The notes beneath the pieces were generated by a model that saw only the letters and a program-made list of their open reading frames with translations, made no database searches and had not been told where the DNA came from. From Escherichia coli (GTDB lineage: Bacteria > Pseudomonadota > Gammaproteobacteria > Enterobacterales > Enterobacteriaceae), in the NCBI RefSeq assembly GCF_036507355.1, contig NZ_AP027877.1: 64,000 nucleotides of DNA; one strand, written 5' to 3'. Below, piece after piece: positions 26,785-39,391 of the stretch. Position numbers and translations under genes: made by a program. Each line of letters opens with the position of its first letter. Positions within the stretch are counted from its first letter, which is position 1.

Positions 26785-27405
26785 TCAGCGTTTTTTCACA
26801 CCATAATGCTGAAGGTAGCGATTCAGGCTCCGACCAGCGCCAGTCTCAAAATTCCATGTCCGCCAGATAAGCTGCCCCACTGTGTCGCGTATCACCAACC
26901 GGAAGTGGGTATGCAGGTCATCCTCAATGGCGACATTTTTATACGTCGCAACCACAGCCTCTGCTTCCAAACGAGTAAACGAATCTGGGGGCAGTTGTGG
27001 CGTCTGTATTGTGGGCTCTGGTGCTGCGCGGTCAGGACGTGAATGCCGTCCCTGTGTGATGTGACTGACGGCTTGGTAACTGCTCTGCCTCAGAAGTCCG
27101 GTGGTCTTCCTTGCCCGGAGAATATCAATGGAGGTAATGTGCGGAGACTGGGGGATAAAGCTGACATTACCCTGGTCTGTACGTACCAGGTCGTACTTTT
27201 CAACAATAGAATTCAGGGCCTCCGTCAGTGATATCTCTGCATCAATGTATGCCTGAATGGCACCTTTCCCGCTAAACGGCGTGTCGCTGAGAGTGAGTCC
27301 GTAGTGCTTCTCCAGCAAGTAAGCCAGCAGAGTGTGCCAGACATCAGCAGGGGACAGGCAACACGATAGTGTCCGATTTGGTGAGACCGGTTGTTTTTTC
27401 ATCAC
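26785..27405 (-). CDS. CbtA/YpjF/YkfI-family toxin (type IV TA), C-terminally extended
   Basis: N-terminal ~120 aa match the CbtA family ([11 protein letters not shown] ... [13 protein letters not shown]); about 80 extra C-terminal residues. Confidence 0.75.
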   Translation of the reverse strand: MMKKQPVSPNRTLSCCLSPADVWHTLLAYLLEKHYGLTLSDTPFSGKGAIQAYIDAEISLTEALNSIVEKYDLVRTDQGNVSFIPQSPHITSIDILRARKTTGLLRQSSYQAVSHITQGRHSRPDRAAPEPTIQTPQLPPDSFTRLEAEAVVATYKNVAIEDDLHTHFRLVIRDTVGQLIWRTWNFETGAGRSLNRYLQHYGVKKR

Positions 27406-27511
27406 TGTATTCTCGCGGATAACATTGAAAAAGACGCGCGAACGTGAACATCAATTGAACGTCCGCACTTATTGGAATCCGTCGGCCAGACGGGCAAAAA
27501 GTGACTTCCAT

Positions 27512-27871
27512 CTACTGTCCCGAAGACCGGGAAGCCATGGGATAAATGGCGATATATACGTAGCCACAGGAGCCGAGCGTGTTAGCCTCGCAGATCAGCC
27601 CTTCTACCTGTAGCGTGATCCCCTTCGCCCTGCGCGGGTCCAGTTCACCGGACAGCAGAATGCTTTCCATCTGCCTCATGAGCAGCGGAAATATCTGGTC
27701 CAGATGGCGTGCGTCTCTGTCGCTGAACGTACCGGTGAATTCAGCCCGGTCAGCCAGAAAATGCAGGCAGCCGCCCTCCTGCACCAGACGCGCCCCGAAG
27801 CATGGCGTCACGTTGCACTGTAGCCCCCACAGATCTGTGGGTGGCGTATCGTAGTCTTTCAGATCTGTCAT
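27512..27871 (-). CDS. CbeA/YfjZ/YafW-family antitoxin
   Basis: WGLQCNVTPCFGARLVQEG motif; ATG at 27871 preceded by a GAGGA ribosome-binding site. Confidence 0.8.
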   Translation of the reverse strand: MTDLKDYDTPPTDLWGLQCNVTPCFGARLVQEGGCLHFLADRAEFTGTFSDRDARHLDQIFPLLMRQMESILLSGELDPRRAKGITLQVEGLICEANTLGSCGYVYIAIYPMASRSSGQ

Positions 27872-27931
27872 GTCAGGTGTCCTCAAAAGTCGCACTGCCA
27901 GTGCATCAATCTGGCAATGCTGGGTAGTTCT

Positions 27932-28369
27932 TCAGCTTTCCCACAGCACGCGCGTGGTGTAGACCCCGCTGGCGTAGTAGCTCAGGAAGTTACGCTCCCA
28001 CAGGCTGTAAAGCGCCCTTACTTCCGTTAGAGGCAAATCCCCCGTACAGTAGTGCCAGACATAGCCCTGCGACCAACTGATATCGATGATTTTCTCCAGC
28101 TCCGGGTAGACCGTGCCGACATAGCCAAAATCGGTGGCGTAGTCCAGGCACCACTCATCGCCCTGATGAATTAGCCGGATCTCCACCGGGTGATAACCCC
28201 CCCGCTCCACACTGTAGTCCGGGTCCCGGAAGTTGAATGTCACGGCGGTGATCCGATGTTTATGGGCGGGTATTTCGCCCGCCTCTGCCATCAGCAGTTC
28301 GTACAGTTGCAGACTGACAGGCAGCATAAAGCCTGCCGGCTGAATAACGGCATTGATGTTCAAGAGCAA
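27932..28369 (-). CDS. Hypothetical protein between the RadC-like and antitoxin genes
   Basis: 145-aa ORF in the position occupied by small DUF proteins in CP4-type cryptic prophages; no motif recognised. Confidence 0.55.
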   Translation of the reverse strand: MLLNINAVIQPAGFMLPVSLQLYELLMAEAGEIPAHKHRITAVTFNFRDPDYSVERGGYHPVEIRLIHQGDEWCLDYATDFGYVGTVYPELEKIIDISWSQGYVWHYCTGDLPLTEVRALYSLWERNFLSYYASGVYTTRVLWES

Positions 28370-28454
28370 AACCTCAGTGTTTACAGTTTAAAAAAACGTG
28401 AAGGGATAAAGCGGACGTGTCTTAGCGTGGATAATGTGTATTAAACCAGGTAAC

Positions 28455-28943
28455 TCACAGTAGCCCGTGTTCAGCGAAAGACCAGGCTTTGTCGCCTCCC
28501 ACAATGAGATGGTCGGTCACGCGGATATCCAGCAACGCCAGTGCGTCTGTAATTTTTTGGGTAATGAGTTTATCGGCCTGGCTCGGTTCAGGCTCACCAC
28601 TGGGATGGTTATGCACCAGTATCACAGCAGCAGCGTTGTGCGTCAGTGCCAAGCTGACTATTTCGCGGGGATAAACCATCGTCTGGCTCAGCGTACCGAT
28701 AAACAATGTCTGGTAGCCGAGAATATGATGTTGCTGTGAAAGCATTATCACACCAAAAGATTCACGGTTTTCAAGCGCCAGCTTCATCACCAGCCACTGA
28801 CGTACATCTTCAGATGAGGTGATTTTTCGGCGATTGCGAAACTGGCGGGTCAGCAATGAATGGGCAAACCGGATAATCTGTTCGCGGGTAACCGGCTCCA
28901 GCGTCTGATAATGACCGCTACGATCACTTGCGATAAACGTCAT
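28455..28943 (-). CDS. RadC-like JAB-domain protein (YeeS/YfjY/YkfG family)
   Basis: JAMM-like motif HNHPSGEPEPS; start at the ATG at 28943 with GGAG ribosome-binding site. Confidence 0.85.
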   Translation of the reverse strand: MTFIASDRSGHYQTLEPVTREQIIRFAHSLLTRQFRNRRKITSSEDVRQWLVMKLALENRESFGVIMLSQQHHILGYQTLFIGTLSQTMVYPREIVSLALTHNAAAVILVHNHPSGEPEPSQADKLITQKITDALALLDIRVTDHLIVGGDKAWSFAEHGLL

Positions 28944-28965
28944 GATGTACTCCTTACCTTTTAGT

Positions 28966-29589
28966 TCAGAATTCACGTTCAACAAAGTAAATGGCATCCG
29001 GCAGCAACGTATGGCGCTTCAGCTCAGGTTGTACTGAAAACGTGTCCTTTCGCTGGCTGCGTATCCCCAGGCTATCAAACAAAAACAACCGGGTAGCATC
29101 GGTACGAACCACCACTGACCAGTGCCATGTGGTCCCCATAATCACCACGCGCTGCGCCTGATTCTCCGGTGAAGCCAGCCAGTCGCTGATATCATGAAAT
29201 ATTCGGTGAGTTCTCAAGGTTCGATAACGGAAGGGAGTATGAAAATAGAGGGGATAATGTTGGGCGTAATGCCCTCTCAGCAGAACATCTGCTATCAGGT
29301 GGTCCATCTGCTCTTCATCCAGGCCAAGCGTCAGGAGATCAAATAAGTCCCATCGTCGCTTATAGCTGCTTAGCAGGCGGTACATTAATTTTTCCCGCCT
29401 TACCCTGCCGTCATAGAGGTAACTCAGGGTATTAATCAGGCTGTAGATGCCACACAAATAGTCATGCTGTCCCTGGCGGGACGCATGAACGTCTCGAGGA
29501 AGTGTCATTGTAAATTTCCGGGATAAGTGATGGCTGTGAACCAGCCGGAATGGTGGTGATACAGTGGCTGAGCGCATGATGGCAGCCAC
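28966..29589 (-). CDS. Hypothetical protein
   Basis: 207-aa ORF in the same operon-like array; start uncertain. Confidence 0.5.
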   Translation of the reverse strand: MAAIMRSATVSPPFRLVHSHHLSRKFTMTLPRDVHASRQGQHDYLCGIYSLINTLSYLYDGRVRREKLMYRLLSSYKRRWDLFDLLTLGLDEEQMDHLIADVLLRGHYAQHYPLYFHTPFRYRTLRTHRIFHDISDWLASPENQAQRVVIMGTTWHWSVVVRTDATRLFLFDSLGIRSQRKDTFSVQPELKRHTLLPDAIYFVEREF

Positions 29590-29665
29590 TGTATAAATTA
29601 TAACAAAATCAATACATTAATGCAAGTGATTCTTGTTATCACTTATCCAGCGACTCCTTCACTTG

Positions 29666-30046
29666 TTACTGGTTAACGTCTCCTTCAGACAGGTCCCTTG
29701 CAACCTGAGCCAGAGCCTGCTGCAAAAGTTTATCCCTAGAGGCCGGTTTCATGGTACGGAACAACTGTATCCACAGGTTAAGCTGCTCGTCTGCTGAAGT
29801 ATCTGCCGCATCCCGCTCACTTTTCAACGCCATCCCTGCCGCGCTGATATGGTACAGAAACCCCTTCCCACTGGTGCGTTTGCGGCGGATTTCCGGATGT
29901 AGGGCTGTGAGCTTTTCCAGACGTAGCCGCGCCCATTTCGCTGTGCCCGGCATTCCTTCCATTCCGGCAAACTGCTCTGCTGTAAGCCACTCCCCACTGT
30001 CCGTCATTCCGGCATCACAGGGCTCAGTCATCTGTTCACTGCTCAT
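29666..30046 (-). CDS. Hypothetical protein, possibly DNA-binding
   Basis: 126-aa ORF; IS5 inserted about 30 bp upstream of its start codon. Confidence 0.5.
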   Translation of the reverse strand: MSSEQMTEPCDAGMTDSGEWLTAEQFAGMEGMPGTAKWARLRLEKLTALHPEIRRKRTSGKGFLYHISAAGMALKSERDAADTSADEQLNLWIQLFRTMKPASRDKLLQQALAQVARDLSEGDVNQ

Positions 30047-30078
30047 AAAATTTCACCTCTTATCAAAGCGTTAGTTAA

Positions 30079-31272
<1,194 letters not shown>

Positions 31273-31368
31273 CTAAATGAGCGCAAATAACCACAAAAGG
31301 AACTTGATAACTTCCCTTTGTTTGCTTTTAATATCTCCGGTACTAACAACCCGGAGTGAATACATTGA

Positions 31369-31635
31369 GTAACTCAACAGATTCGCAAAAAAAAGCGAAG
31401 TAAGGGAAGTGCTGTTAACTGGCACCGGGCAGATATTGTCGCCGCCCTGCATAAGCGGGGACTTTCCCTGTCAGCTCTCTCCCGGCAACACGGGCTGGCT
31501 TCCAGGACGCTGAATAACGCTTTTGAGCGCCACTATCCGCGGGCGGAAAAGATTATTGCGGAGGCACTGAACACTACGCCCGAAACCATCTGGCCTGAGC
31601 GCTATGCAGGTAGGTCTGTCAAAAACGAAAGCTGA
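31369..31635 (+). CDS. Ner/Nlp-like small DNA-binding protein; no canonical start codon in frame (possible pseudogene)
   Basis: Open frame encodes ...VNWHRADIVAALHKRGLSLSALSRQHGLASRTLNNAFERHYPRAEKIIAEALNTTPETIWPERYAG; no in-frame ATG/GTG/TTG after the stop at 31366. Confidence 0.45.
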   Translation, partial: VTQQIRKKKRSKGSAVNWHRADIVAALHKRGLSLSALSRQHGLASRTLNNAFERHYPRAEKIIAEALNTTPETIWPERYAGRSVKNES

Positions 31636-31647
31636 AGAAAGCATGTT

Positions 31648-32175
31648 ATGTCGACCACCATTACTGAAGTAACGGAATGCTTTGAGTACCTTTTTAGTTC
31701 CCTTTACCGGAAAGCATTTGTCAAAACCCTGCGCCTTAACGAATGCAGTGAACGGGAGTTGCTACCGCTGGTACGCTGCTACCTGCTGGGTTGGTTTGCC
31801 GACAGCGTCTCACCGGAAGTCCGGGGGAAACTGCCCGGCAGTATCTCCGGGCATGGCTATATTGATTTCGTCATTGACGATGTGGCAGTGGAGTTCGCCG
31901 TCCGTAAGCCAGGAGCCGCCCGTTCTGCACTGTCAGCCTCAGTCAACAGCACGGAGGTAAAGAAACTGATGAAGTATGACGGCAAAGCCCTGCTGGTACT
32001 GTTCGATTTTTCTGACACGCCCTATACCGAAGAACAGATTGAATCCTTCAGAAACTGGCCCTCCCTGGGCCGAGGCAACCATCGTAAATCCGCGTTCAAT
32101 GTTGCGTATTTCTTTGTGGAAAAACGCAGCCCGCTGACACCCAGGAAAATCACCAGAAATATCCGCATCCGTTAA
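31648..32175 (+). CDS. Hypothetical protein
   Basis: 175-aa ORF; start 13 nt after the Ner-like stop; no confident family. Confidence 0.55.
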   Translation: MSTTITEVTECFEYLFSSLYRKAFVKTLRLNECSERELLPLVRCYLLGWFADSVSPEVRGKLPGSISGHGYIDFVIDDVAVEFAVRKPGAARSALSASVNSTEVKKLMKYDGKALLVLFDFSDTPYTEEQIESFRNWPSLGRGNHRKSAFNVAYFFVEKRSPLTPRKITRNIRIR

Positions 32176-32228
32176 CGGTAGCGCGCATAACGGATAATGA
32201 AAACGTCAATGAAAGGAGATCACCGAAG

Positions 32229-32747
32229 ATGAGGAAAACCGCTGCCATGTTGCTTCTGGCATTTTCAGGTTGTGCCGGGGCAAAAACACTCCCCGCAGAA
32301 AATTTGCAGGGGCTGTATGAGGCTTATGCCACCCTGAATACCTGCCACCAGTATGGTTACACTGGCGATGAGGCCTTAACTGCACTGGACAAACTTATCC
32401 GCAGCAATCGCTATCAGGATAATAGCGGCAACATCATGACATTAATGAAGGACAATATTAACTATTACCATTCCCTTCAGGACCGCTTTATTCTTGAGCA
32501 GCAATTCAAAAGCGAAGGAATAAACCAGAGCGGTATCCGGCTCCAGATAAAAACCCTCTGCGACCAGATGAACGCCGCTGTTGGTGGGAAGTTGGGTGTG
32601 AAAACCCGTGTTATTTCACCGGATGACCTTCCCACCAGCGCAAAACCTGTTTTTGACAAACCGGTCACTAACAGTGCCCCGGCAATTCCGGAAGACCGAC
32701 CGATGACATGGGACAACAGTCCGGTCCAGGGTATTCCGGTTCAGTGA
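32229..32747 (+). CDS. Putative lipoprotein
   Basis: N-terminal signal peptide with lipobox-like LLLAFSGCAG. Confidence 0.6.
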   Translation: MRKTAAMLLLAFSGCAGAKTLPAENLQGLYEAYATLNTCHQYGYTGDEALTALDKLIRSNRYQDNSGNIMTLMKDNINYYHSLQDRFILEQQFKSEGINQSGIRLQIKTLCDQMNAAVGGKLGVKTRVISPDDLPTSAKPVFDKPVTNSAPAIPEDRPMTWDNSPVQGIPVQ

Positions 32748-32758
32748 GGGGTAACACC

Positions 32759-33073
32759 ATGAAGAAGCATATTATTACCGCACTGCTCATCACAACAGTA
32801 TCCGCTCCGGCGCTGGCAGCGTACCCGGTAAGCCAGCCTGCTCAGGCCGCAGAAGTGATGGTCAGTATATGCCAGCAGCAGCGTTCGGGTATGGACAAGA
32901 ACCAGGCCATCCGTAAAGTCTATGGCACCGTAAGCGACTGGCCCATAGCTTCAACAACTGAAGTTGCTGCTGCGATGGATGAAGGATGGAATTTTGCTGT
33001 ACAAAATCCAGAGATAAGTTGCGACAGAATTTATCTCATGATGATTGACATGCTGGATGGGAAAAAGGATTGA
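32759..33073 (+). CDS. Small secreted protein
   Basis: Start at ATG 32759 with GAGGGG ribosome-binding site; signal peptide MKKHIITALLITTVSAPALAA. Confidence 0.6.
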   Translation: MKKHIITALLITTVSAPALAAYPVSQPAQAAEVMVSICQQQRSGMDKNQAIRKVYGTVSDWPIASTTEVAAAMDEGWNFAVQNPEISCDRIYLMMIDMLDGKKD

Positions 33074-33379
33074 GAAACCAAGCTTAACTTAAGTTGGCAA
33101 AACTAATCTGCATCAATTAAAATTTTACATAGCAATGTGCCCTCCAGCAGGGCACAATTATTATAAACCGTCTGCTATGAGCTGTGAGTTCAATGGGTCG
33201 ATGCAACGCTATTCTTAAATGAGAAGGACATTGACCGACTACGGTCAATAAAACAGTTTGAAGCAAAATCAGATTGCCTCAGCCCCTATCGTTCAGCATG
33301 ATTTTCCTGGAGAAAAGCGGTTTTGTGGCGGACCTGAACGGGCCGCCAGGTAAAACTCTGCTGCGAGAAAGAGGCCACA

Positions 33380-34146
33380 TCAGGCGGTGTGGTTGCTATC
33401 ATCTTGCATGAGATGGTTGGCTCGAAAGACCATCATCCCTTTTTGTCGAATAGCGTCAATCCACAAATCTGCCATCCACGAGTTGATGCCATAATGCTGG
33501 ATACAACATTCACGTATCAGCCGGTGTTCGTTCGCAATGGTAGTTGGCATCAAGGCGCTGTCATCCGTATTTAAACACACCGCCAGCGGCCCGCTGCGCA
33601 GGCCGTATTGGTTAAATTTTCCGCCGGTCGCCAACCATTCTGGATTAGGTGGATTCCAGCGAAAAAGCGGGTGTTCGTGATATTTCTCAAACCGACCAAT
33701 ATAAATATTTGAGGTTGGGCAGGCTTCAAACACTAAACCAAGACGGCTGTATTTTTCGGTTAGGTAATCCTGAATGGCTTCATACAGCTTAAGCTCCCCC
33801 TGAGAAATGAAATCCTCATCTTCAGACAGGGGCGACAAATAGCTATCAGTATCGTTAGGACAACAGTTAATGCAAATAATCCGGTTGGCGGGCTCCTTTT
33901 CATGCAAACCGCTGTTGAGATAGCGTTGCCATAAACGATAAGCAGTGACATTTTTCACTGACGGCGTATGATCTTCTTGCAACGCATCCCAGTCAGGGGC
34001 CCATTCCAGCCTATTCGCGCTGACGGACTCCAAGTTAGCATAATCAGGCCAATTGCGGCGCAGCAGCCACGCCTGATAAAGTAAGTTAGGCGTATAGATA
34101 TCTTTAAATATCCGCTGCGACCAGTGATGAATTTTATCGCGCAATT
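33380..34146 (-). pseudogene. Adenosine/AMP-deaminase-like metal-dependent hydrolase, C-terminal fragment truncated by IS1
   Basis: Contains deaminase-like motif region HEHPLFRW ... LAVCLNTDDSALMPTTIANEH; frame stays open up to the IS1 terminus at 34147, no genuine start. Confidence 0.5.
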
Positions 34147-34201
34147 GGTGATGCTGCCAACTTACTGATTTAGTGTATGATGGTGTTTTTGAGGTGCTCC
34201 A

Positions 34202-34477
34202 GTGGCTTCTGTTTCTATCAGCTGTCCCTCCTGTTCAGCTACTGACGGGGTGGTGCGTAACGGCAAAAGCACCGCCGGACATCAGCGCTATCTCTGCTCT
34301 CACTGCCGTAAAACATGGCAACTGCAGTTCACTTACACCGCTTCTCAACCCGGTACGCACCAGAAAATCATTGATATGGCCATGAATGGCGTTGGATGCC
34401 GGGCAACTGCCCGCATTATGGGCGTTGGCCTCAACACGGTTTTACGTCACTTAAAAAACTCAGGCCGCAGTCGGTAA
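34202..34477 (+). CDS. insA: IS1 InsA
   Basis: 91-aa ORF near-identical to the insA of copy 1. Confidence 0.93.
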   Translation: MASVSISCPSCSATDGVVRNGKSTAGHQRYLCSHCRKTWQLQFTYTASQPGTHQKIIDMAMNGVGCRATARIMGVGLNTVLRHLKNSGRSR

Positions 34478-34899
34478 CCTCGCGCATACAACCGGGCAGT
34501 GATGTGATTGTCTGCGCTGAAATGGACGAACAGTGGGGCTACGTCGGTGCTAAATCACGTCAGCGCTGGCTGTTTTACGCGTATGACAGGATACGGAGGA
34601 CAGTTGTGGCGCACGTTTTCGGTGAACGCACTCTGGCCACACTGGAGCGTCTTCTGAGCCTGCTGTCGGCCTTTGAGGTCGTGGTATGGATGACGGATGG
34701 CTGGCCGCTGTATGAATCACGCCTGAAGGGAAAGCTGCACGTTATCAGCAAGCGTTACACTCAGCGCATTGAGCGACATAATCTGAATCTGAGACAACAT
34801 CTGGCAAGGCTGGGACGGAAGTCACTGTCGTTCTCAAAATCGGTGGAGCTGCATGACAAGGTCATCGGGCATTATCTGAACATAAAACACTATCAGTAA
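34396..34899 (+). CDS. insB: IS1 InsB
   Basis: 167-aa ORF near-identical to the insB of copy 1. Confidence 0.93.
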   Translation: MPGNCPHYGRWPQHGFTSLKKLRPQSVTSRIQPGSDVIVCAEMDEQWGYVGAKSRQRWLFYAYDRIRRTVVAHVFGERTLATLERLLSLLSAFEVVVWMTDGWPLYESRLKGKLHVISKRYTQRIERHNLNLRQHLARLGRKSLSFSKSVELHDKVIGHYLNIKHYQ

Positions 34900-35069
34900 G
34901 TTGGAGTCACTACCGTAGAAGTTAAATCAGGAAAATCGAAAAAAATGAAACGTTCGGCATTGTCGTCGAGTTCCGCTTAATGACGTATCCATCCCGTTTT
35001 CCCCTTCACGTTTTCATGTTTGATAGAGGGCAAAATTGAGCCCTCTCAATCAAGATAATGAGTGAAAAC

Positions 35070-38000
35070 CTATACCGTCCAGCTGTTCGACACCACTTCA
35101 GCCTGCTTCAGTATCAGTTCAACTGCATAAGGTGTTTTATCTGGCGGATACTTGTACTTACGCAGCGTCTGACGCACCAGAATACGTAACCGCGCACGCA
35201 CGCTTTCTCGCACCTGCCAGTCTACGGTTGTGGACTGGCGCAATTTTAACGTGACTTCGATAGCCAGTTTCTTAAGGACGTCATCACCCAGCTCCCGTAC
35301 CGCACTTTCGTTTTCTGCCAGCGCATCGTAGAACGCGATTTCGTCCGGGTTTAGCCCCAGCGCTTCATCACGCGCCATCGCTTCCTGAAACTCTTTTGCC
35401 ATCTGGATCAGTTCTTCAATCACCTGCGCAGTTTCAATGGCGCGGTTATTGTATTTGAGAAGCACGGCTTTCAGGCGATCTGAGTATTTCTTCTCCTGCA
35501 CCACGTTGTTTTTGGTGCGGGCATGAATGCCGTCGTTCAGCAGTTTCTCCAGCAACTCGACTGCCAGATTACGCTGCGGCAATTCGCGCACTTCTTCCAG
35601 AAACTCGTCTGACAACAATCCAATATTCGGCTTATCCAGACCCGCCAGCGCAAACACATCATCCACGCCCGTCGCAATAATGGCGTTATCGAGGATTTTA
35701 CCGAGTAGCGTATTTTTCTCTGACTGACTGAATTTTTTGTCGGTTGTCGTCAGCTTGATAATCGCCACTTTCACCGCCGACAAAAACGCGATCTCTTTTT
35801 GCAAGGGTTTAGCTTCATCTAACGTACTGCACAGCGACCAGGCTTTGTTCATCGCCAGCACGACATCGAAAAAGCGCTTCTTACCGTCATCAAGGCCCAG
35901 CACATAATCTGCGGCTTTGAGTAAAAACCGTTGGGGCACCTCTGCAAAACCGGTGTAATCAAACCCGGCGGCGGTTGGTGTTTTGGCAAACATTCCATGA
36001 ATCACATCCAGCTTTTCAAGCAGGATGGAGAACGCTTCATGAGCATCGACTGTCGTCTGTCCTTTACCTTTTGAATCGGTATAAGTTTTCAGCGCCTGTT
36101 TCAGTTCATTGGCGATACCGATGTAATCCACCACTAAACCGCCCGGTTTATCTTTGAAGACGCGGTTGACGCGCGCAATGGCCTGCATCAGATTATGCCC
36201 GCGCATCGGTTTGTCGATATACATGGTATGACAACATGGCGCATCAAACCCGGTAAGCCACATATCGCGCACAATCACCAGTTTCAACGGGTCGTTGAGA
36301 TCTTTAAAGCGCGCTTCAAGGCGTTTTTTGGTTTGCTTATTGTAGATGTGCGGCTGAAGGAATTTATTATCGGAGGCTGAGCCGGTCATGATGATTTTGA
36401 TTTCACCTTTCTCGACGTCATCACTGTGCCATTCCGGGCGTAGAGCCACCAGCGCATCATACAGCTTCACGCAGATCTCACGGCTCATGGCAACAATCAT
36501 TGCTTTGCCATTCATTGTGGCGTTACGTGCCTCAAAATGCTGAACCAGATCGGCGGCCACCTCATTGATACGAGGTTCAGAACCAACCAGTTTTTCCAGA
36601 CGGCTCCAGTCACTTTTGGTTTTCTCTTTCTGATCGGTCTCTTCATCTTCGACCAGCTCATCCACCTGATTAGACAGCGTTTCCAGCTCTTCGTGGTTGA
36701 GGTCGAGTTTTGCCAGGCGCGATTCATAGTAGATAGGCACGGTTGCGCCATCTTCCACCGCATCCTGTATATCGTAGATAGAGACGTAATCACCAAACAC
36801 CGCGCGGGTGTCTTTATCTTCGGAAGAAACCGGTGTTCCGGTAAAGCCCATAAACGACGCATTGGGTAACGCATCGCGCATATGTTTGGCGTAACCGTAT
36901 TTATAAGCGCCAGTCTCCCGGTTCAGCGTGGCGCTAAGACCATACTGGCTGCGGTGCGCTTCATCGGAAATGACGACGATATTGCTGCGCAGGTTTAGCG
37001 CCGGGTGAGTCTGTTCGCCATCAAGCGGGGCAAATTTTTGTACGGTGGTAAAAATAATCCCGCCTGATTCACGGACATTGAGCATCTCGCGGAGCTGGTC
37101 GCGATCGTTTGCCTGTAACGGTTCCTGCTTAAGCAAATCCTGTGCCTGGCAGAAGGTGGCATACAGTTGGCCGTCGAGATCGTTACGGTCGGTCACCACC
37201 ACGATGGTCGGGTTGTTCATTTCCGCTTGTTGTAGCAGTTTTCCGGCGTAACAACACATCGAGATACTCTTACCGGAACCCTGCGTATGCCACACCACAC
37301 CGGCTTTTTTACTGCCTGGCGTGATGTTGCTGCGCAGCGGCAAGTGTTTACCGGTAGAGGCCACAATCGTCGCCGTCACCGCTTCACGTACTGCGTGGAA
37401 TTGGTGGTAAGCGGCAATCTTTTTAATCAGTCGTTTGCCGTCGCTTTCAAACAGGATGAAGTAACGAATGTAGTCGAGCAGCAGTTCGCGGTTAAAGAAC
37501 CCTTTTACTACCGTTTCAAGCTGCCATTCAAACAGCGGTTTGTCGTCTTCATTAGACAGCGTTTTCCACGGCAAGAAGCGCTCTTCGTTCGCGGTGAGAG
37601 AGCCAATACGGGCGTTGTAGCCATCGCTGACCACCAGCGCTTCGTTGCAGATGAACAGATCGCTGAGTTCGTTTTTATAGGTCTGCAACTGATTAAATGC
37701 CGCCCAGATATCGGCATTAGCATCAATCGGGCTTTTCAGCTCAATCACTACTACTGGCAATCCGTTGATATAGCAGATAACGTCCGGGCGACGTACCTGC
37801 TTCGTTCCCTGGATGGCCACCTGATTCACCACCGTAAAGTGGTTATTATTTGGGTGGTTAAAATCCATCAGTAGCGCTTTGTCGTGGATAACTTTGTCAT
37901 CCTGCTTGTACTGCACCGGCACGCCGTCGAGCAGCAGGTGATGGAAGGCTTTGTTACTGACGACCAGATCCGGGCTTTGCGCATGGGCGATACGCAGTAT

Positions 38001-38204
38001 CACCTCATCCAGCACGGCAACCGGGAGATGTGGGTTAATCTTTTGCAACTGCTCCAGTAGCACCGGGCGCAAAAACACATCGTGGAACGACGCACGCAGC
38101 GGATTGTTGCCATCTGGCGCAATATCCGGCCCGTGCAATACTTCCCAGCCCAGTTCAGCAAACCATTGCAGGCTTTGCTGTTCTAAATCGTCTTCGCTCA
38201 GCAT
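35070..38204 (-). CDS. hsdR: Type I restriction enzyme R subunit (HsdR)
   Basis: 1044-aa ORF with helicase motifs (Walker [13 protein letters not shown] box [10 protein letters not shown]). Confidence 0.9.
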   Translation of the reverse strand: MLSEDDLEQQSLQWFAELGWEVLHGPDIAPDGNNPLRASFHDVFLRPVLLEQLQKINPHLPVAVLDEVILRIAHAQSPDLVVSNKAFHHLLLDGVPVQYKQDDKVIHDKALLMDFNHPNNNHFTVVNQVAIQGTKQVRRPDVICYINGLPVVVIELKSPIDANADIWAAFNQLQTYKNELSDLFICNEALVVSDGYNARIGSLTANEERFLPWKTLSNEDDKPLFEWQLETVVKGFFNRELLLDYIRYFILFESDGKRLIKKIAAYHQFHAVREAVTATIVASTGKHLPLRSNITPGSKKAGVVWHTQGSGKSISMCCYAGKLLQQAEMNNPTIVVVTDRNDLDGQLYATFCQAQDLLKQEPLQANDRDQLREMLNVRESGGIIFTTVQKFAPLDGEQTHPALNLRSNIVVISDEAHRSQYGLSATLNRETGAYKYGYAKHMRDALPNASFMGFTGTPVSSEDKDTRAVFGDYVSIYDIQDAVEDGATVPIYYESRLAKLDLNHEELETLSNQVDELVEDEETDQKEKTKSDWSRLEKLVGSEPRINEVAADLVQHFEARNATMNGKAMIVAMSREICVKLYDALVALRPEWHSDDVEKGEIKIIMTGSASDNKFLQPHIYNKQTKKRLEARFKDLNDPLKLVIVRDMWLTGFDAPCCHTMYIDKPMRGHNLMQAIARVNRVFKDKPGGLVVDYIGIANELKQALKTYTDSKGKGQTTVDAHEAFSILLEKLDVIHGMFAKTPTAAGFDYTGFAEVPQRFLLKAADYVLGLDDGKKRFFDVVLAMNKAWSLCSTLDEAKPLQKEIAFLSAVKVAIIKLTTTDKKFSQSEKNTLLGKILDNAIIATGVDDVFALAGLDKPNIGLLSDEFLEEVRELPQRNLAVELLEKLLNDGIHARTKNNVVQEKKYSDRLKAVLLKYNNRAIETAQVIEELIQMAKEFQEAMARDEALGLNPDEIAFYDALAENESAVRELGDDVLKKLAIEVTLKLRQSTTVDWQVRESVRARLRILVRQTLRKYKYPPDKTPYAVELILKQAEVVSNSWTV

Positions 38205-39391
38205 CAGGTTTCCTCTGTCTCGGTTTCTTCCATTTCTTCGGGCACGTTTGAAATCTCTTTGAGCGCCATATTCAGTGGGGCAATAAAGGGATCTAACGCT
38301 TTTTCAAATGCCGTCAGGTTTACCAGTAGCCAGTCGATCATTTCAGGCCAGTTGGCTTCATCAAGGCTGATGGCCGGGCTGGCATAGGAAATTCGACACG
38401 ATTTTTTACCCGGCAGAGGTTCCCACTTAAGCGCATGGCCAAACGCGTTTTCAATTGCCTCTTTGCGTTCATGTAGCCAGTTAAAAGCAAAGGTATTGCT
38501 CTCTGCGGAAGCTTTGGCAATCCACAGCTCAACCCGAATCTCTTTTTTACTGAAAATCAGGTTATACGACACCGCGCTAATACCAGAGCCCGCACTGATC
38601 CAGTGATCGGTAGAGGGGCTGATATTGTTATATAAGTGGCAGGAGCTGGCTTTGAGGCGCTCCAGCATCTTTGTCCAGAAAGCTTTACGCATTAATTGGA
38701 CTGGCTTTACTCCGCCGCTGACGGATTGTTCTTCCGCCTCTTTTTGCGCCATACCGATCATGTAAGATTCTGCTTCCGGTGTGGGGATAACCTGACGGAT
38801 ATCAACGAATACATCGTCGTTGAACTTATAGGGTTTAACCTTAAAGCACTGTACCCGCAGACCAAATTGCATGAGCCACAGGGCAGTGTTGGTCACCTCT
38901 TTGCGAAAGTTGGCTGCGACCATGATGATTCGCTGTGTACGGCTCTGGTTGATTAAGGCTTCATCCAGCGTTTCATATTCGAGGAATTCAGCAAGCACCT
39001 CTGCCGCCGGGCGATTTTCCTCTGGGTCGTATTTATCCAGATAAAGCTGGAAGATCTGCAGAATTTGCTCTTTACGCAGGTTGGCGCAATACCCGGCATA
39101 TTTGAGCGCTTGCCAGACGACGTCGCGACCTGAATCATCGAGCTTATTCTCGATGATCACCAGATTGCCTTTTTTATCGATAGCCAGCAGGTCAAGGCGC
39201 TCTTTGGTGTCGTCAAAACCGGCGAACTCTTTCTGTATAATCAGTAGTTCATCGTCATTATCGCGAGTTAACGCTTGGGGATTCTGCGCCAGCCATTCCT
39301 GCAGATTGCCACGTTCGGTAAAACCAAGACTACTGAAAGAGACTTCCTGTAGGGAGTGTAAGCTGTTAGTCGGCGTATCAACTTTATACAT
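38204..39391 (-). CDS. PD-(D/E)xK nuclease-like protein embedded between hsdS and hsdR
   Basis: N-terminal D...ExK-like motif ([18 protein letters not shown]); ATG at 39391 overlaps the hsdS stop, and its stop overlaps the hsdR start. Confidence 0.6.
   Translation of the reverse strand: MYKVDTPTNSLHSLQEVSFSSLGFTERGNLQEWLAQNPQALTRDNDDELLIIQKEFAGFDDTKERLDLLAIDKKGNLVIIENKLDDSGRDVVWQALKYAGYCANLRKEQILQIFQLYLDKYDPEENRPAAEVLAEFLEYETLDEALINQSRTQRIIMVAANFRKEVTNTALWLMQFGLRVQCFKVKPYKFNDDVFVDIRQVIPTPEAESYMIGMAQKEAEEQSVSGGVKPVQLMRKAFWTKMLERLKASSCHLYNNISPSTDHWISAGSGISAVSYNLIFSKKEIRVELWIAKASAESNTFAFNWLHERKEAIENAFGHALKWEPLPGKKSCRISYASPAISLDEANWPEMIDWLLVNLTAFEKALDPFIAPLNMALKEISNVPEEMEETETEET

Larger units (their letters stand above)
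34147..34914 (+). mobile_element. IS1 (768 bp), copy 2, inverted relative to copy 1
   Basis: Termini GGTGATGCTGCCAACTTACTGAT at 34147 and ...GTTGGAGTCACTACC ending 34914; insA/insB present. Confidence 0.95.

Noticed and set aside
35527-37874. Several 60-195-aa plus-strand ORFs inside hsdR
   Set aside because: They are antisense to a clearly recognisable helicase-motif-bearing hsdR frame.
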